Source: Raillietiella orientalis
Lineage: Eukaryota
NCBI GenBank assembly: GCA_036172245.1
Contig: JAYWIR010000017.1
Span: 2,356,001-2,420,000, forward strand
Reading direction: 5' to 3'
DNA: 64,000 nucleotides
The notes below the pieces were generated by a model. The model was not told the DNA's origin, did not search any database, and saw only the letters and a program-made list of their open reading frames with translations. Of this stretch, positions 49,561 through 61,699 are shown in pieces (the stretch's first letter is position 1; every line of letters starts with the position of its first letter). The position numbers and the translations under genes were made by a program.

Positions 49561-50723
49561 CTGTGCAAATTTGTCTTCTAGCTGATGGACTTTCGGCGGA
49601 AGAATCGCCTACGAAAACACGGTTTTGTATAGCAAACAGAGGATGAAAGAAAATAAGTGAAAATTATAAACGAAAACTCAGCCCTCAATGGTTCATTGCC
49701 CTTGATCTTCCTATACCTTTCATCAGAGCACTTTGAATATGAAAATGAAAATAGTGAAGCGTGGATGAGGTGAAGGCTTGCCTTTCGATTGATAGAAAAC
49801 TTGGCGCAAGCTTAGAGAACGGAGTCACCAAGACGTTCCGATGCCAAGTGACATGGCTATGGCCTAATCTGGAAGACCGTGCAGTAGTGGAATGGTGATG
49901 TGATGAGACTACTACAACCAAACAAAGTCGTATGCGGAGACAGTGGCAGATCATGACAGGGGCTAGAATTTTAGCTAATAGCCGCAGATGACACGAGCGG
50001 AGACAGCCACGAAAATACTCATGGAATCCAAGATGGTTTTTTGCTGAGGAATCTCTAGATATTACCTAGAAAACAGTGACTTGCAAAAAGACGTCTTCGG
50101 GCGAAAGCTGAAGGTACAGAAAGCGTGAGTTCATCTGGACGATGAGTCGAAGAAGGTTCAGTTTGGGGAACTTCATTGGAACAGCACCTTCCCAGCAATC
50201 ATCAAAGCTCGTCAAAATAGATGGATACATTGGAATCATTCTGTCATTTCAACAGGCGGGAAAAGAAGCGATGCTCTTCTTATTTGAGAAAACTGAAAAA
50301 CTAAAGAGATGACGAAATAGAAGCTTCTCTTGGAGGATCGCTGATTCATTCATTCGCCGATCACTTGCTCATTCACTCAGAAACCACATCTCGACATTCT
50401 GCTGTCTTTGTACGTGAGGGACTTGATGCCATCGTGAACATCTCCAGTTCCTCTTTCAAAGTTGACGATAGAGAGAGTCGAACCTGAAAAGAAGTGAAAA
50501 AGCAGACGTTTGTTAGTTTTCACTGTCAGTCGCCCTTGTCTGAAATGCTTTGGTGCTCCAGGAATGCAGACTCTGAAGAACAGGGCGCTCAACGATTTCC
50601 AATAGATCTCCCAGCCACTGATTCCAGATACTTCATACCACCGATCCGCCTTTTACCTGTCGTTGTGCTTGGGAGTCTGAGATCTTTCCTGATAATCGGC
50701 ACCATTACATACCAAATGTCTAA

Positions 50724-50742
50724 ACACACACACACACACACA
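50724..50742. repeat. (AC)n microsatellite
   Basis: Read directly from the sequence. Confidence 0.85.
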
Positions 50743-51499
50743 TACAAAAAGCAGTTTTCCTCTTCACGGTGTCATAAATTCATTCCCTAAACAGACTGAT
50801 AGCCAAATTCTTGCCTTTCTCGAACTCCGGTGACTGCTCGATAAAACTGTGTTCCTGCACTTAATATTGGTAATTCGCCTGCTGTTTCGGCGAGCAAAAG
50901 AGTGAAGAGCCCTAGGTTTGGAATAAATGAACTGGAGCCAGTTTTCGGATCCGACAATGGGAGGGCTCTTGCAGGAAGGGGGAGGAACGTCTGGAAGTCC
51001 ATAGAAAGTCTCAAAAAAAAAAAAAAAAAAATGGACCGCGACGTTGGAAGCACCGGCTGGAAGGATGGAAATGAAGCGCGATTTAAGGTCTCAGTTAATG
51101 CGCTATAAATAGCGATCATTTACTTTAGGATTTGCAGGATTGCCAGACAAAAAAATCAGCGACTTTCGAGATACACAGGATTCCCGTCCTCATCACTCTT
51201 TTGGAGAGGATGTTGGAGCTGCCGGTCTGCACTTGCGGAATTACAGAGTTTCCTCGATTTAATTTTCAGACCATCATCCAAAATCGCGGCGCTTACTGAA
51301 TGCAGTGTTCTTCCATGAGGTTCAAAGTGCACGAAAGTACGCCAAGTGCCGATGGATTAGTGATTCCAAGATATCAAAAAACCAAATCTTCGTTTTTCTT
51401 TCCAATATGGACCACGATCTCGAGCGCTGAGTCGGTAATGCGATCAGCTAAAATCAATGGTAGATCCCCAATTCTGTAATTCATCAGCAGCTTTTTGCA

Positions 51500-52300
51500 A
51501 GATGCAGTTTTTCAACTTGGATTCTGCTTAAACAAATTCTCCATTTTTGGACCAACACGCTGCGTTTGGATTGCATCATCTAGACACTCGTAAGAGGACA
51601 TTCCCTCGCAGAATCACAGTCTCCTTGAGAATTTGGATCCGATCAGAGAATGCAGATGCCGAGGAATCAGACGCGGAGCCCAGATGAGCCAGGACCGTGC
51701 AAGAGGAGTGGCCGGATGAACGCATGTCCACAGCCTTTTCGAGACACCCACGGCGCTGACTAACAGTTAGAGTAGGTGTAGACTCTTCACCCATTCGCCG
51801 CTTATTTACGTGGAAACCTCTCCCTTGAACCTCCTAATAATCGATGGTAATGGGTGATTGCTCTGAGCTTGCTGTAGCTGGCACCATGGTTTTTCGTGAA
51901 TCGTAACAGTGGCAGATAGCTGGATGTGGGGACCTGCCAAATGTGAGGACGAGCGAATGACTTCCGAATTCCTCCCTTTCTCCTCCACGCCCCCCCCCTC
52001 AAGGAAAAAGAGACTTTTGACTCGAAAATATTCATCCCAGGGAATGAAGAAAGCTTCCTCACACACAAAAGAAAGGATTGCTTATTGCTCGCAACAGCTC
52101 CGGCTCCAATCCCGATACCGATTTGCAGGGAAAACGTGGGTGATATGTTTTCCTGTTACGTTGATCTCACCAAGTCACTGATGTTCTGCAGCTCAAAGAT
52201 CCAGATAGAAAATGGCATCAGAGGCCTCACAGAAGAAACAGGCTACCGCCCCCAGTATGCTTGGTTTTCCTGAGCAAATACTGCTGCATCTCCAAGTGCA
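51500..52300 (-). mobile_element. Decayed L1-like RT
   Basis: KHTGAVACFF, HIWQVPTSSYL..K and CLEKAVDM...TVLAHLG...VILRG, in the expected order. Confidence 0.5.
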
Positions 52301-52949
52301 CACGTTGATCGTTAATCACGCAGATTTCCGCAGAAGATTAAATGATAAAAGCAGAAACGCCAAAGGTGCAAAACTATGGCAGTTTTTGTCAGATACTACA
52401 TACATCCAAAACTGTTTTTGTAGGCTGTGGTCAGGAAATAAATTTTGCGCTTTCTAGCACACAGCATCAGCACTCGTTCGTTAAAAAAACGAAAAAAAAA
52501 GGTGAAATTCGAAAAGTTTTTTGGTGGCTGAGCAATTCGAGCAAGCGCATCCTGCTGGAACAGAAGTTGCCAGAGGTGAAATTTTACCAAAACACGAACT
52601 CGATGCGATGACGATGGCCGCTAAAAAAAAATCTCATGCAGCAGAAAGATTATTAGCAGCATAAATGATGGCTGCTGGAAGGAAATCCACTTGCTCTGTC
52701 TGAATTCTGACCTTCGCCATGGCTGCTCCACGATTCTCACGTCACAGGTTTGCAGAAACAGCAGACGACGAGAAGTGCTCAACTTAACTTTTTTTGGATT
52801 AGTTCTTCGACGGTGCCTTCCAAGACACTGTCCTTCTGGGGTGATTCTGCCAACACACGAATCATCATCTGGGTGTATTCCGAGATTTCTCATTAACGGG
52901 TCTCGAATGCAGCTCCACTGTATTAGCAGATCCTGATTCTCGACTCGGG

Positions 52950-53910
52950 TTACTTATAAAGCTTCCTTGCGAGATCCAATGCAAGATTATCTGATACAGT
53001 TTCCCCAAAATTTATCCAAGGAACATTCGAAAGCATCTTTCTCGGTCCGTGTATCCTCTCAGTGACAAGTGACAGATGCTCTATTTGCTGACCAAGCAGA
53101 TTTTTGAGTGCATTTGAGTTTTATGCACAATGAATAGTTAGCAGAGATGCTCCCTTGATGTGTAGAAACGCAAATTTTCCTCTGAGCTTTTCTCGTTTCT
53201 GTGGAAGCTGTTTTAGGTATATCATGTTCATCATTTTCATGCATTCATAACTCCATGTTTCCTTTGAAGTGCATCTCCATAACAGATGAAAGGAAAGCAC
53301 ACACAGCCGTGTACGCCCTATCTTGAGATCCTTCCTTTTTGCCTGCTTCGCATGTGTCCACGCCCATTCTGGGGATGAATATGGTACTGTACGTTCTGAT
53401 GTTTGTTTCGGATAGTTCGTGCAAAACAACTGTTTCTCTTTCATGCTTTTCCGTTTGCAAGTTCTTTGCTGATGGCATCCCTGGAAAAGCATTCTAGTGC
53501 AGCATGCCGCTGTCATTTGAGCCTGCCGTCTCGAGACGGGTTTCATTTTTCTGTGTATTCCATCGCACTTCCGGGTTGCTTCTCCGGACAGTGCTTAATT
53601 CCGAAACATTCACATTCATCTTTTCCTCTGACGGGATTGTAAAGTTTGCTTCCGTACTCATTTCTCCGCTTGCCAACTGATTAGTAGCTTCTTCACACTG
53701 GCGTTTGAAACACTTATCGTTAGGTGTTTGTGCATTGTAGGATAAACATCCGATTATAATACCCATTCCGTATTTGAGAACCCATTGATTCCAAGCATTC
53801 CATTCTCTCTCATAAAGAAGGAAACTCTTGACCGGTGCATCTTTGCAAAAGACAGTTTTATTTTCTATAAGTGGCAATCGATAGTGCCAACTCATTAACC
53901 AATTCAAGAG
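52950..53910 (-). mobile_element. Decayed CMC/EnSpm (CACTA-type) transposase relic
   Basis: FCKDAPVKSFLL...G..GC (DaPara.l...gy..C), DSGMLH*..PG (D.mH...G), QMHS and HGP.../DAFECSL (GPl...saF.fE), in the expected order. Confidence 0.55.
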
Positions 53911-54149
53911 TAATTGAAACAGTAGTAAACATCTGTTATTATCAGGGCGGTCATGTGCCCAAGTACGTGTACTTTAGGTAAGGTGTTTCGCCTCAGTCGG
54001 CATTTCTGGCAGTGAAGAAACTCGTAAGCCAGTTGCACAATTTGAGACCAAGGAAGACAGATGGTCGGAATTATAATAGTTTCTTACCTCTTTTATTTAC
54101 TTCGCAGCAATTGACCAATGTATGAAATGTGAAGCATTACTCTGGAAAG

Positions 54150-54400
54150 ATAAGAGAACCACAACGTGTACACAAGAAAGGATGTCCATGCTGCTTGTCT
54201 GCCTAGGACGAATACCATTCATGAAAATACGGGAAAATTTTCTTGAGAGCCTTCAGAGTAAGGCGCACACAGAGCTTATCCCTTTGAATCCCATGGAACA
54301 GATCCATCGAGTGGTGACCACTTTCCTCCAATGTGACCAAACTGAACTTTCCTCGAGATTACTAACAGAACAAGAGCAAGTTGCTTCATTTTTTTTTGTT
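54150..54400 (-). mobile_element. Decayed L1-like zinc-knuckle fragment
   Basis: WSHWRKVVTTRWICSMGFKGISSVCALL*RLSRKFSRIF. Weak match. Confidence 0.35.
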
Positions 54401-55619
54401 TCTGTTTTTTTTCTTTTCTTTGCATAGCCGGCCTCCCTACACTCAAAAGCTCGCGTCGATTCAGAAATCACCCAGGGGAAAATCATCTTGCTATTCTTTG
54501 GATTTCGTGGCCAGCATCAAGGCATTGAGTGACTGTTTCTGTCTTGATCTAGGGCCGAGAAATTTCTATCGAATCAGTGTTGATCCAGAAGATCTCTTGT
54601 TTCATTGTGGCAGTTTTCAGACTGCATTCCCCTCCCATCTAACCACAGCAGCCGAAGGGCTTCTTCCCCACTCTGTGCCTGGATTCTTAAGCTGTTCGCG
54701 ATGATGTCCTTCGAGTTGGCTTAGCCCGGCTATCCCTGAATTGGCTCGATTCTTTCTAGCTCATACCGAATGCGGTTGTTTCTATGATCGTTGTTATGAG
54801 GCAGCCTCTAACTTTCACGGAATTTTATTTTTTTTCCTTGATACACGTTTCTCGCTTGTCTTTTCAGATACTTTCTTGTGCCTTGAGCATTCATCTCCTC
54901 CGATATCCACTTGCTAGGGAAAGACTTTTTCGAGACGATTAGGAAACAATCTGAATGCAAGTTTGTGCACCTTTGCATTGCTCAAGTTGCCGAAGAGCAG
55001 CAGATTTCGTTCCACTGAAGATTCATACAACTGAGGCGATGTTCATCTTTTTGTCCGCAAATAAGTTATTTTTTACCATTGCACTTTTGTTTGTCTTTCC
55101 TTCTCATTCGGCTCATATAGTGCGTAACTGTTTAGAATTCACTGTTAGAAAATCCTCTTATTTGCTCTTCGATCCTTCTCGCCATGTTTGGATTTTTTTT
55201 CATTTTTCCATGCATTCTTTTCTCGTTTAATAAAATATACCGATGTCTTGTGTGTTCGGGTATGGGTCTTTGATCTGCATTCTGCAGACTCAAGAGGAAT
55301 GGTGCATTTCGATATGTGCCTTGAATGTGACTTTCATCACATCGCCTCTATTGGCCGATGTGACAGAGGGGATATCCAGGTGAGTGTGACTGGAAAAGAC
55401 GATGGCTGCAGCACCAGGCGACCTAGGCAGAGAGCTGGTATCAAAGATTGAAATATTTTAGCTGCGAATGCAAGTTCTAACTTGAATGTGGCAACACTTC
55501 GGTCTGGGAAAAGGCAACGGCTTCTACAACTGAAGGAATGCTATCTCCAGCCACATAAAAAAAAATATATATATACCAAGGTACTTCTGATTTTCATTTT
55601 TATAGTTGATTGTGTCCTT

Positions 55620-56000
55620 ACACCCTTCGATGATGGTGCAAGTTCCTTCTTTGGGTACTAACAATTGCATCCCTTTGTGAAGGAGAACTCCAAAGTTCTA
55701 CTGTGACCAAACCTTCCACAGCAGAACCCCAATAACTTTTCAAATCAGATGATGAGTGAAATATGCTTGGGCATCATCTGTAGGACCATCCACGCTGATT
55801 TTGAAACTTTGCAACTTAAGAAACATGTTCGGAATGAAGAAAAACTTCCCTGGTAGCAGCGATCATTGAGAACTCCTCAATGATCGTTCCTGGATAGAAT
55901 GAAGAACTACAGCTCCAAAAAGCTGACGTCGTCAGAAGGTTCGGTCTTGAGTGGTTTTCAATTTACAGTGTGGGACATTCTCGCTCCTTCTTCGATCACT
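55620..56000 (-). mobile_element. Decayed L1-like 3' end of ORF2
   Basis: CFLSCKVSKSAW followed by VLLWKVWSQ*N (lW.vW..RN). Confidence 0.45.
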
Positions 56001-58139
56001 TTTGCTAACGATGCTTCAGATTGCTAACAGCACGCAGGCTCGAATGCAGAGATCCCTGGAATCACGCATCCCGACTATCATGCGCGCATCTTAACGAAGC
56101 TGCCGGGTGAAGATGCGGACGCAAAGTCATTCTTATTTCGGACACGCGTATCTCGGGGGATCGGCAAGAACCCGCATCCGATGGATTCTCGGATTTCCGC
56201 TGGAACGCGGCATTCTCACTAAACGAATCACATGCTTGTGGCTGGCGGTGTTCCCACTGGACTCCACACACACACTCGCTTCCGGAATAAGCAAATAAAA
56301 GTTTTGGAATTGGTCCAACGACCTCGATCCTCTGCATAATCGAATGAGCACATCGCAATTCATCTCCCGAGCTTTTTTTGTACCTCCGTCTTGCAATGGA
56401 GACGGGATCCCTTGGAAGGAGAAACGATTCCTTTCCTATGGTGGCTATTTTCGAGGATTCCGTTATGTGGTAATCGCTGAAATCGGTGGAACGAGTCACT
56501 CCAATCAATCACAAAAAGGTAATTGCTGAAACTGGTGATTGGGATTGAAACTTCATTGAGATCAATGCATCCTCCTTCGGAACGGGATGCGTCTCTTCCA
56601 ATGAGGAGTTTTGATCGATGCATCATCAGACTCTCCAGTAGTTCAAGTATACTTTTGATCTGAGACTTCTTTCTTTGAGGGCTGGGATGGGGGAGAGGAA
56701 ACTCCCCAGCAAAGTCATGTGGGTTGTGTTCATCGTCTCATCCGGTGCTAATCGGGAATACCCTGTCAAGCGCCGACACCTCACCGTGGTTATTCTGGCT
56801 TGGAATCGGGAACCGAGGAAGCCAGCCGCGTTCTTTCTATTCGTCGGTGGACGGAGCTGGCTGGACCCGAGGCTCTTGCTGCAGCGCTAAGCCTTCACGA
56901 AGGCCTGCAAGACGTGGACTTTTGAGTCTGATCTTCACAATACTGTTATCTTGGCTTTCGTCAGATGGTAAACAGTCGCAGCCGCCTCAGTTTGCGTCTG
57001 CCGTTCCTTTTGTTTACATTTCGCTGCTATCTTCAGAGACCGCGCTTGCTTCCCTTCTTCCAGGACCGAGCCGCTCTCTCAAAAGCCGTGTTCTGTTAGG
57101 TGGGGAAAGGTCATTGCCTGCCGCATTCACTACCTCCGGACGAAACCGGCGATGACCGAAAGGGATCGCTAGCGGAAACTTTCCTCGTCGTTCTCTCGTT
57201 CCCGCTGGGATCCCGGAAAGTCAACGGCGACATCCGAAATGAGACTTCCTGGAAGTAGTGCTTTTCCATTCTGGAAGGAAGAGATGATTATGACCCTCGT
57301 GTCCGTGAAGGTCTCGTGCCCAGCCCCTGAGCGCGCTGCGTGTACCCATAACCGAGGAGACCTGAAATTATTGGTTTTCGGGCGTGGGCTGACTGCCCTT
57401 TTCATACTCCCTCGGAGGAGACCGCATCGGTGAAAATTCATCTGTTGCGTCGCGACTTCGGGAGAATGCTCCCCAGCATCAAAGTCTAGGCTGGATGACA
57501 TGATGGATCGATCGTGTTCAATGTAGTGTGATAAACAGCCGGGAAGAAGACTTCACAGTGGTGTTGGCCGCCCGGAGAATGCAGAGTGCAGTAGAGTTCT
57601 ACAATGTTGGCGGTTACGAGGACAGCAGAGCGTCACCTCCTAGGCAACAGCGAAAAAGGCGCTTTGGGTTTCCCACTCATTCGCTGCAGCTTGCAGGACG
57701 CTGTCCGTCTGGGTCGCGAGCACCGCGGCATGTTCTGCGTTGATCCCGGAGCCACATTCGCTATACCCAATCCACTCTCGGGAGCAGTCGGAGGATCAGT
57801 CTTAGAAGGGTACGTGAGGCTTTCAGTGTGCGCCTAAGCATCCTGAATGAGTTTGGTGCTGCCGTCGCCTGTTTTCCTGCTGGTCCTTTGATGGGTATGC
57901 GACCTTAGAATGAGCTTTGTCCATCCGGATGCTGAGGAAAGCTTGAAAAAAAAAACACTTTTCTAGTTGAGTAGCAACCTTAATGAAGGGCGGAACTGTT
58001 CTTTGGAAGGAGGTCCTCTTAGGTCTTTTTCCACTGTTCTGTCTGCAAACGACTTATGCAACACGATAGGAATAAACAACGACAAACTCGTAACCATTCG
58101 GGAAAAATGAAGGGAAGAACGCATTAGATTGGTTCGGTG

Positions 58140-60400
58140 ACGCCAGGACATTGATTTAAAAAATAGACCACAAGTCAATGGTGAGCAACGCCCTTCGAAT
58201 ACAAGAGACGCCAAAAAAAAAAGAAGTTCATTGGGAGTAAGCACCGACACACAGGCAGGCTTCTAAAAACTAAGCAACAGATGGAGGTGACAATAATTAC
58301 ATAAATACAAAAGACGGAAGGGTAGGGATAGGCATCTTTGGTTTCATTCGTTCCCTTCATCTTGGAAGCGGCTGTATATGGTGGCAGCCTCACTGACGAA
58401 TTCTGGCAGATGGGGCCACCTCACAGCAGTCCTCATGAAGACTAATGCCATTCTGGTTGCCTCCCTCCGCTGTGAACGAGACTCCAGCACATCTACTATG
58501 GCGCAGAGGCAGCAGATCGTTGCGATTACAGCCCGCCTTAAGTGAATCAGCGTCACAGCAAGTCCAAAGCGGTGCCCTCCAGGTGGCAGACCGCCGAAGG
58601 GAGTCTTCAACACATGTCCTGTAGGGTACCGCAGTCCAACAGGAAACCGGAACACTCCTGGAACCGTCGGGGAAGGTCACTCCCCCGGAAACCGGGTGCC
58701 TGCACCTGCAGTCCTCAGTGCGAAAACAGCAGGACATTTCGTTTCCATCTCAACGGGATCACCGTCAAGTCCATGTTCAAGGGAAAGACCACGAGTTCTT
58801 CGGGAGGCACGTCGAGCAGGTCACTCCACTGGAGGGGTCCCTTTGCCCGGAAGCGAGGAGTGGAGGCGTTCATCAAAGAGCTCGTCTCCCAGCCGCGTCG
58901 AGGAGTTTCTCGACTCCTGCAATCCTGCAGGAGAAGTCCCTTCCTGCCGGATGGTTGCTGTCATCGGTTGCCCTGAGGGCGGACAGTGCTAAGGCAACGT
59001 GTGACGGCTATCCGGGAACGCTTTGTCGATTCCTGTAGATCTCCCAGAAGTTCGCATAGGAGTAAAAGGCATCAGAGGTATCAATAGAGACAAACTGACA
59101 TCCACAACAAAATGGATACTCCTTTCACTTTGGGAACCATATTCTTTGGAAAGATTGTCACAGGCAAGCAGATGAGTGCGTTGTTCTCTTGAGAAAAGTG
59201 GTCTCGCCCTTCCAACTACTGGGAATCGGCTGCACGCGTGCTCCAATTCGATCTTCTAAACAGGTGTGTCAGATGCCAAAAATCAGACTGTTCGTTCACA
59301 GTTCGAGTCCCTGAGGGTAACCCAGGCAACCATCGGAGAATGTCCTCGCAAACTCCGAGCTCGAGAAACGTAGAGCGAGAGTCCTGAGTCGTCGGATGGC
59401 AAATCGGAGACGCACGCACCAACATCCGTGAGCTCCAGGGTGGGCTTTCCAGAGATACCTCCGGCCTCGTTCCGAATGAGGGCGGCGCCTCGCCTCTGTC
59501 AGAAGAGAGGAGATGCGCCACAGCCTCGTGAGGCTTCGTTCGAAAGCAGTGGAGTCTGGGAGTCCGGACTCGGTCACCGGCGGTTCGCGAGCCCGTCTCT
59601 CCAGAGGCGAGAGCCGGCAGGAAGGTTTCGTGTTTTCCACCTGGAAAATTGGTCGCAGCGATCTGGAAGGTCAAACACGTCAGGCAATCGCTGTGACCTT
59701 TGCCGATTCGGCGCGCGTACTTCATGGTCGCTGAGCGGCACAGCGTTCCCTCCGGCAGGAGGGAGTGGTATCTCAAAGGGAGTGAGTGGAGTAGGCTGCA
59801 CAGAAAAAGGGCAGGAACCCTGCATCCAGCTGCCCCCCATCTGGAGGGTCCTCTCGAAGCTTTGGCCACGCCTCATAGTTCATCGTTGTCCCGACGTCTT
59901 CTGTCCTTCGAAAGATGCAACAGGGACCGCGCGAAGTAGGGAAGGCTGATGGATGAGAAGGAGCACAAATCCACCTTCTTCAGTTCCGAGTGACGTCACG
60001 AAGTCCTACAGGACCCCTGATATTGCTGGCGTGTGCAAAGACTTCACTGGACACAGGGCGGTGCTTTCAGCATCCTGCATGATCGCGGCGCAAACCAGAA
60101 GCGCCGTCCGAGAAGCCGGAACAGACGGAAGATGTGCGCAGCACATATCCCACAGGAGCGCACGCCTGGAGCAGGCACACAGTTCCCAGAGCAGGAACGG
60201 TGCATTGCTGGTAGAAGAGTGGACCGCGAAATGCATCTTGAGCTCCACGTTGCCATAGTGCCGGATTAAGGCCTTGCTGGAAGTTAGTCCCCTGCCCACG
60301 AACGAAAAAAAGGGTCTCGTGGGTCTCCAGCAAGGGACTGGGTGACCTCCGGTCGAGTCCGGCTTACTTCTGCCCTTTGGGAGGAGGAGCGCAAGAGAAA
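58140..60400 (-). mobile_element. L1/Tx1-like copy (linker, RT, C-terminus, 3' UTR; internally deleted or rearranged)
   Basis: AGDP/PTRPFF, DPPDGGQLDAGF, CFRTKPHEAVAHLL, IPLRWKRNVLLFSH, FLLDC and ATICCL..VFMRTAVRWPHL. Same family as the 40.5-kb and 60.4-kb copies. Confidence 0.7.
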
Positions 60401-60434
60401 TGAGGAAGGGGGGGGGGGGTACCACTGATCTACC

Positions 60435-61550
60435 GGATGTTTATTATAAATAATAAAAACATGCGTGTGTAGGCCCATATTGTCCGCAAATGCTCGGAAC
60501 CCGCCGATTAACCGGCACGCAGGCCGGCGAGGTTTGCCTCTGCAGCGGAGGGGGAAAGGGTAGACAAAAATAAAAATAAGCAATACAAAAAACTTCGGGG
60601 GCAAGGGAAGGGACCACTATCCTTTGAAGGGCGACCTCTGCATCATTTCCAGGATGCTGACAAGTTCCATCTGAGTATGTCCCAGGTGGAACCATCTATC
60701 TACCATCCTCAGGAAGCGCAGGGCGAAGCAGCTGTCGTCCCTGTCGCACTGTCCTTCCTTTGTGTAGCTCCAGGCCACCACGAACCCGCATAGACTGCAG
60801 CAAAGAGCTGCTAAGGATGCGGCGGGCTCGAAAGAGCACCGCTCACGAAGAGGCGCTTCGTCACATCCTTGGGATTGTCCGTCGGTGCGCGAAGAGCCGT
60901 TATGTAACGCAAACACAGGGGCCGGAGGGCAACACAGTCTACCAGCATTCCCGTTCCTCGCACCTGCAACAATTGGGGTCCACTGCCCCCCGGATCCAAT
61001 GAGACCGGCGGGTGTTGCACGGGAGATCCCAGTGCACCAGCAGAAGCGTCGACCCCTGCCACTTCAAGGGGAGGGTCCTCAGCTCTGCGGGCCACTCGAG
61101 GTCTCCCTGTAGGATTCCTAGTAGCTCACCCCAGCGCAATAGTCCCTTCGGTGGGCTAATTGGGGTCGCAGAGTCCGTGAGCTGACCTGTGGTCCAACCA
61201 CCTAATTCCTTCTCTCTTCCACCGATCTCACATCGGACCTCCCATTTGGCCGACTGATTATTGCTCAGGTACTCCCTGAGGGAAAGCAGTACCACGGCTA
61301 GGGAGTTTCTGTGCCTGAGCACACGTGGTGGACTGCACGATGACGTCCTGCAGCGAGTGGTTGTTGTAGAAGGAGTGCGGCAGTCGCTGCAGCAACTCCA
61401 GGCTCGCTTCGTTGTTCTGGGCCCATGTGCGAACGGTTTCCTGCAACCAGGCACTACCGTTTGCGGACCAGCAGAAAATCTAGTTGTTGGATCTGGTCAT
61501 CTTGGACACTCGCCGGAGCTCCCGTTTGCAGCAGGACACTTTGTCATAAT
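60435..61550 (-). mobile_element. L1/Tx1-like 5'-truncated copy (zinc knuckle, 3' UTR)
   Basis: LPLKWQGSTLLLVHWDLPCNTRRSHWIRGAVDPNCCRCEERE. WTTGQLTD is shared with the 41-kb copy. T-rich 3' UTR ending in AATAAAC. Confidence 0.8.
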
Positions 61551-61699
61551 GGGTGGTGGTGGTGGTAAGTTCTGCACTGCGGCATCGCCGCGCATCGGGA
61601 AAGGTGACGTCAGTGGCGACCCCTTGCGGCCTTTTTCCCTCTATCCTTTCCCTTTTGCTTCCGAATGTTGTCGGTGCCTCTTCTGCCTGATTGCTCTGA

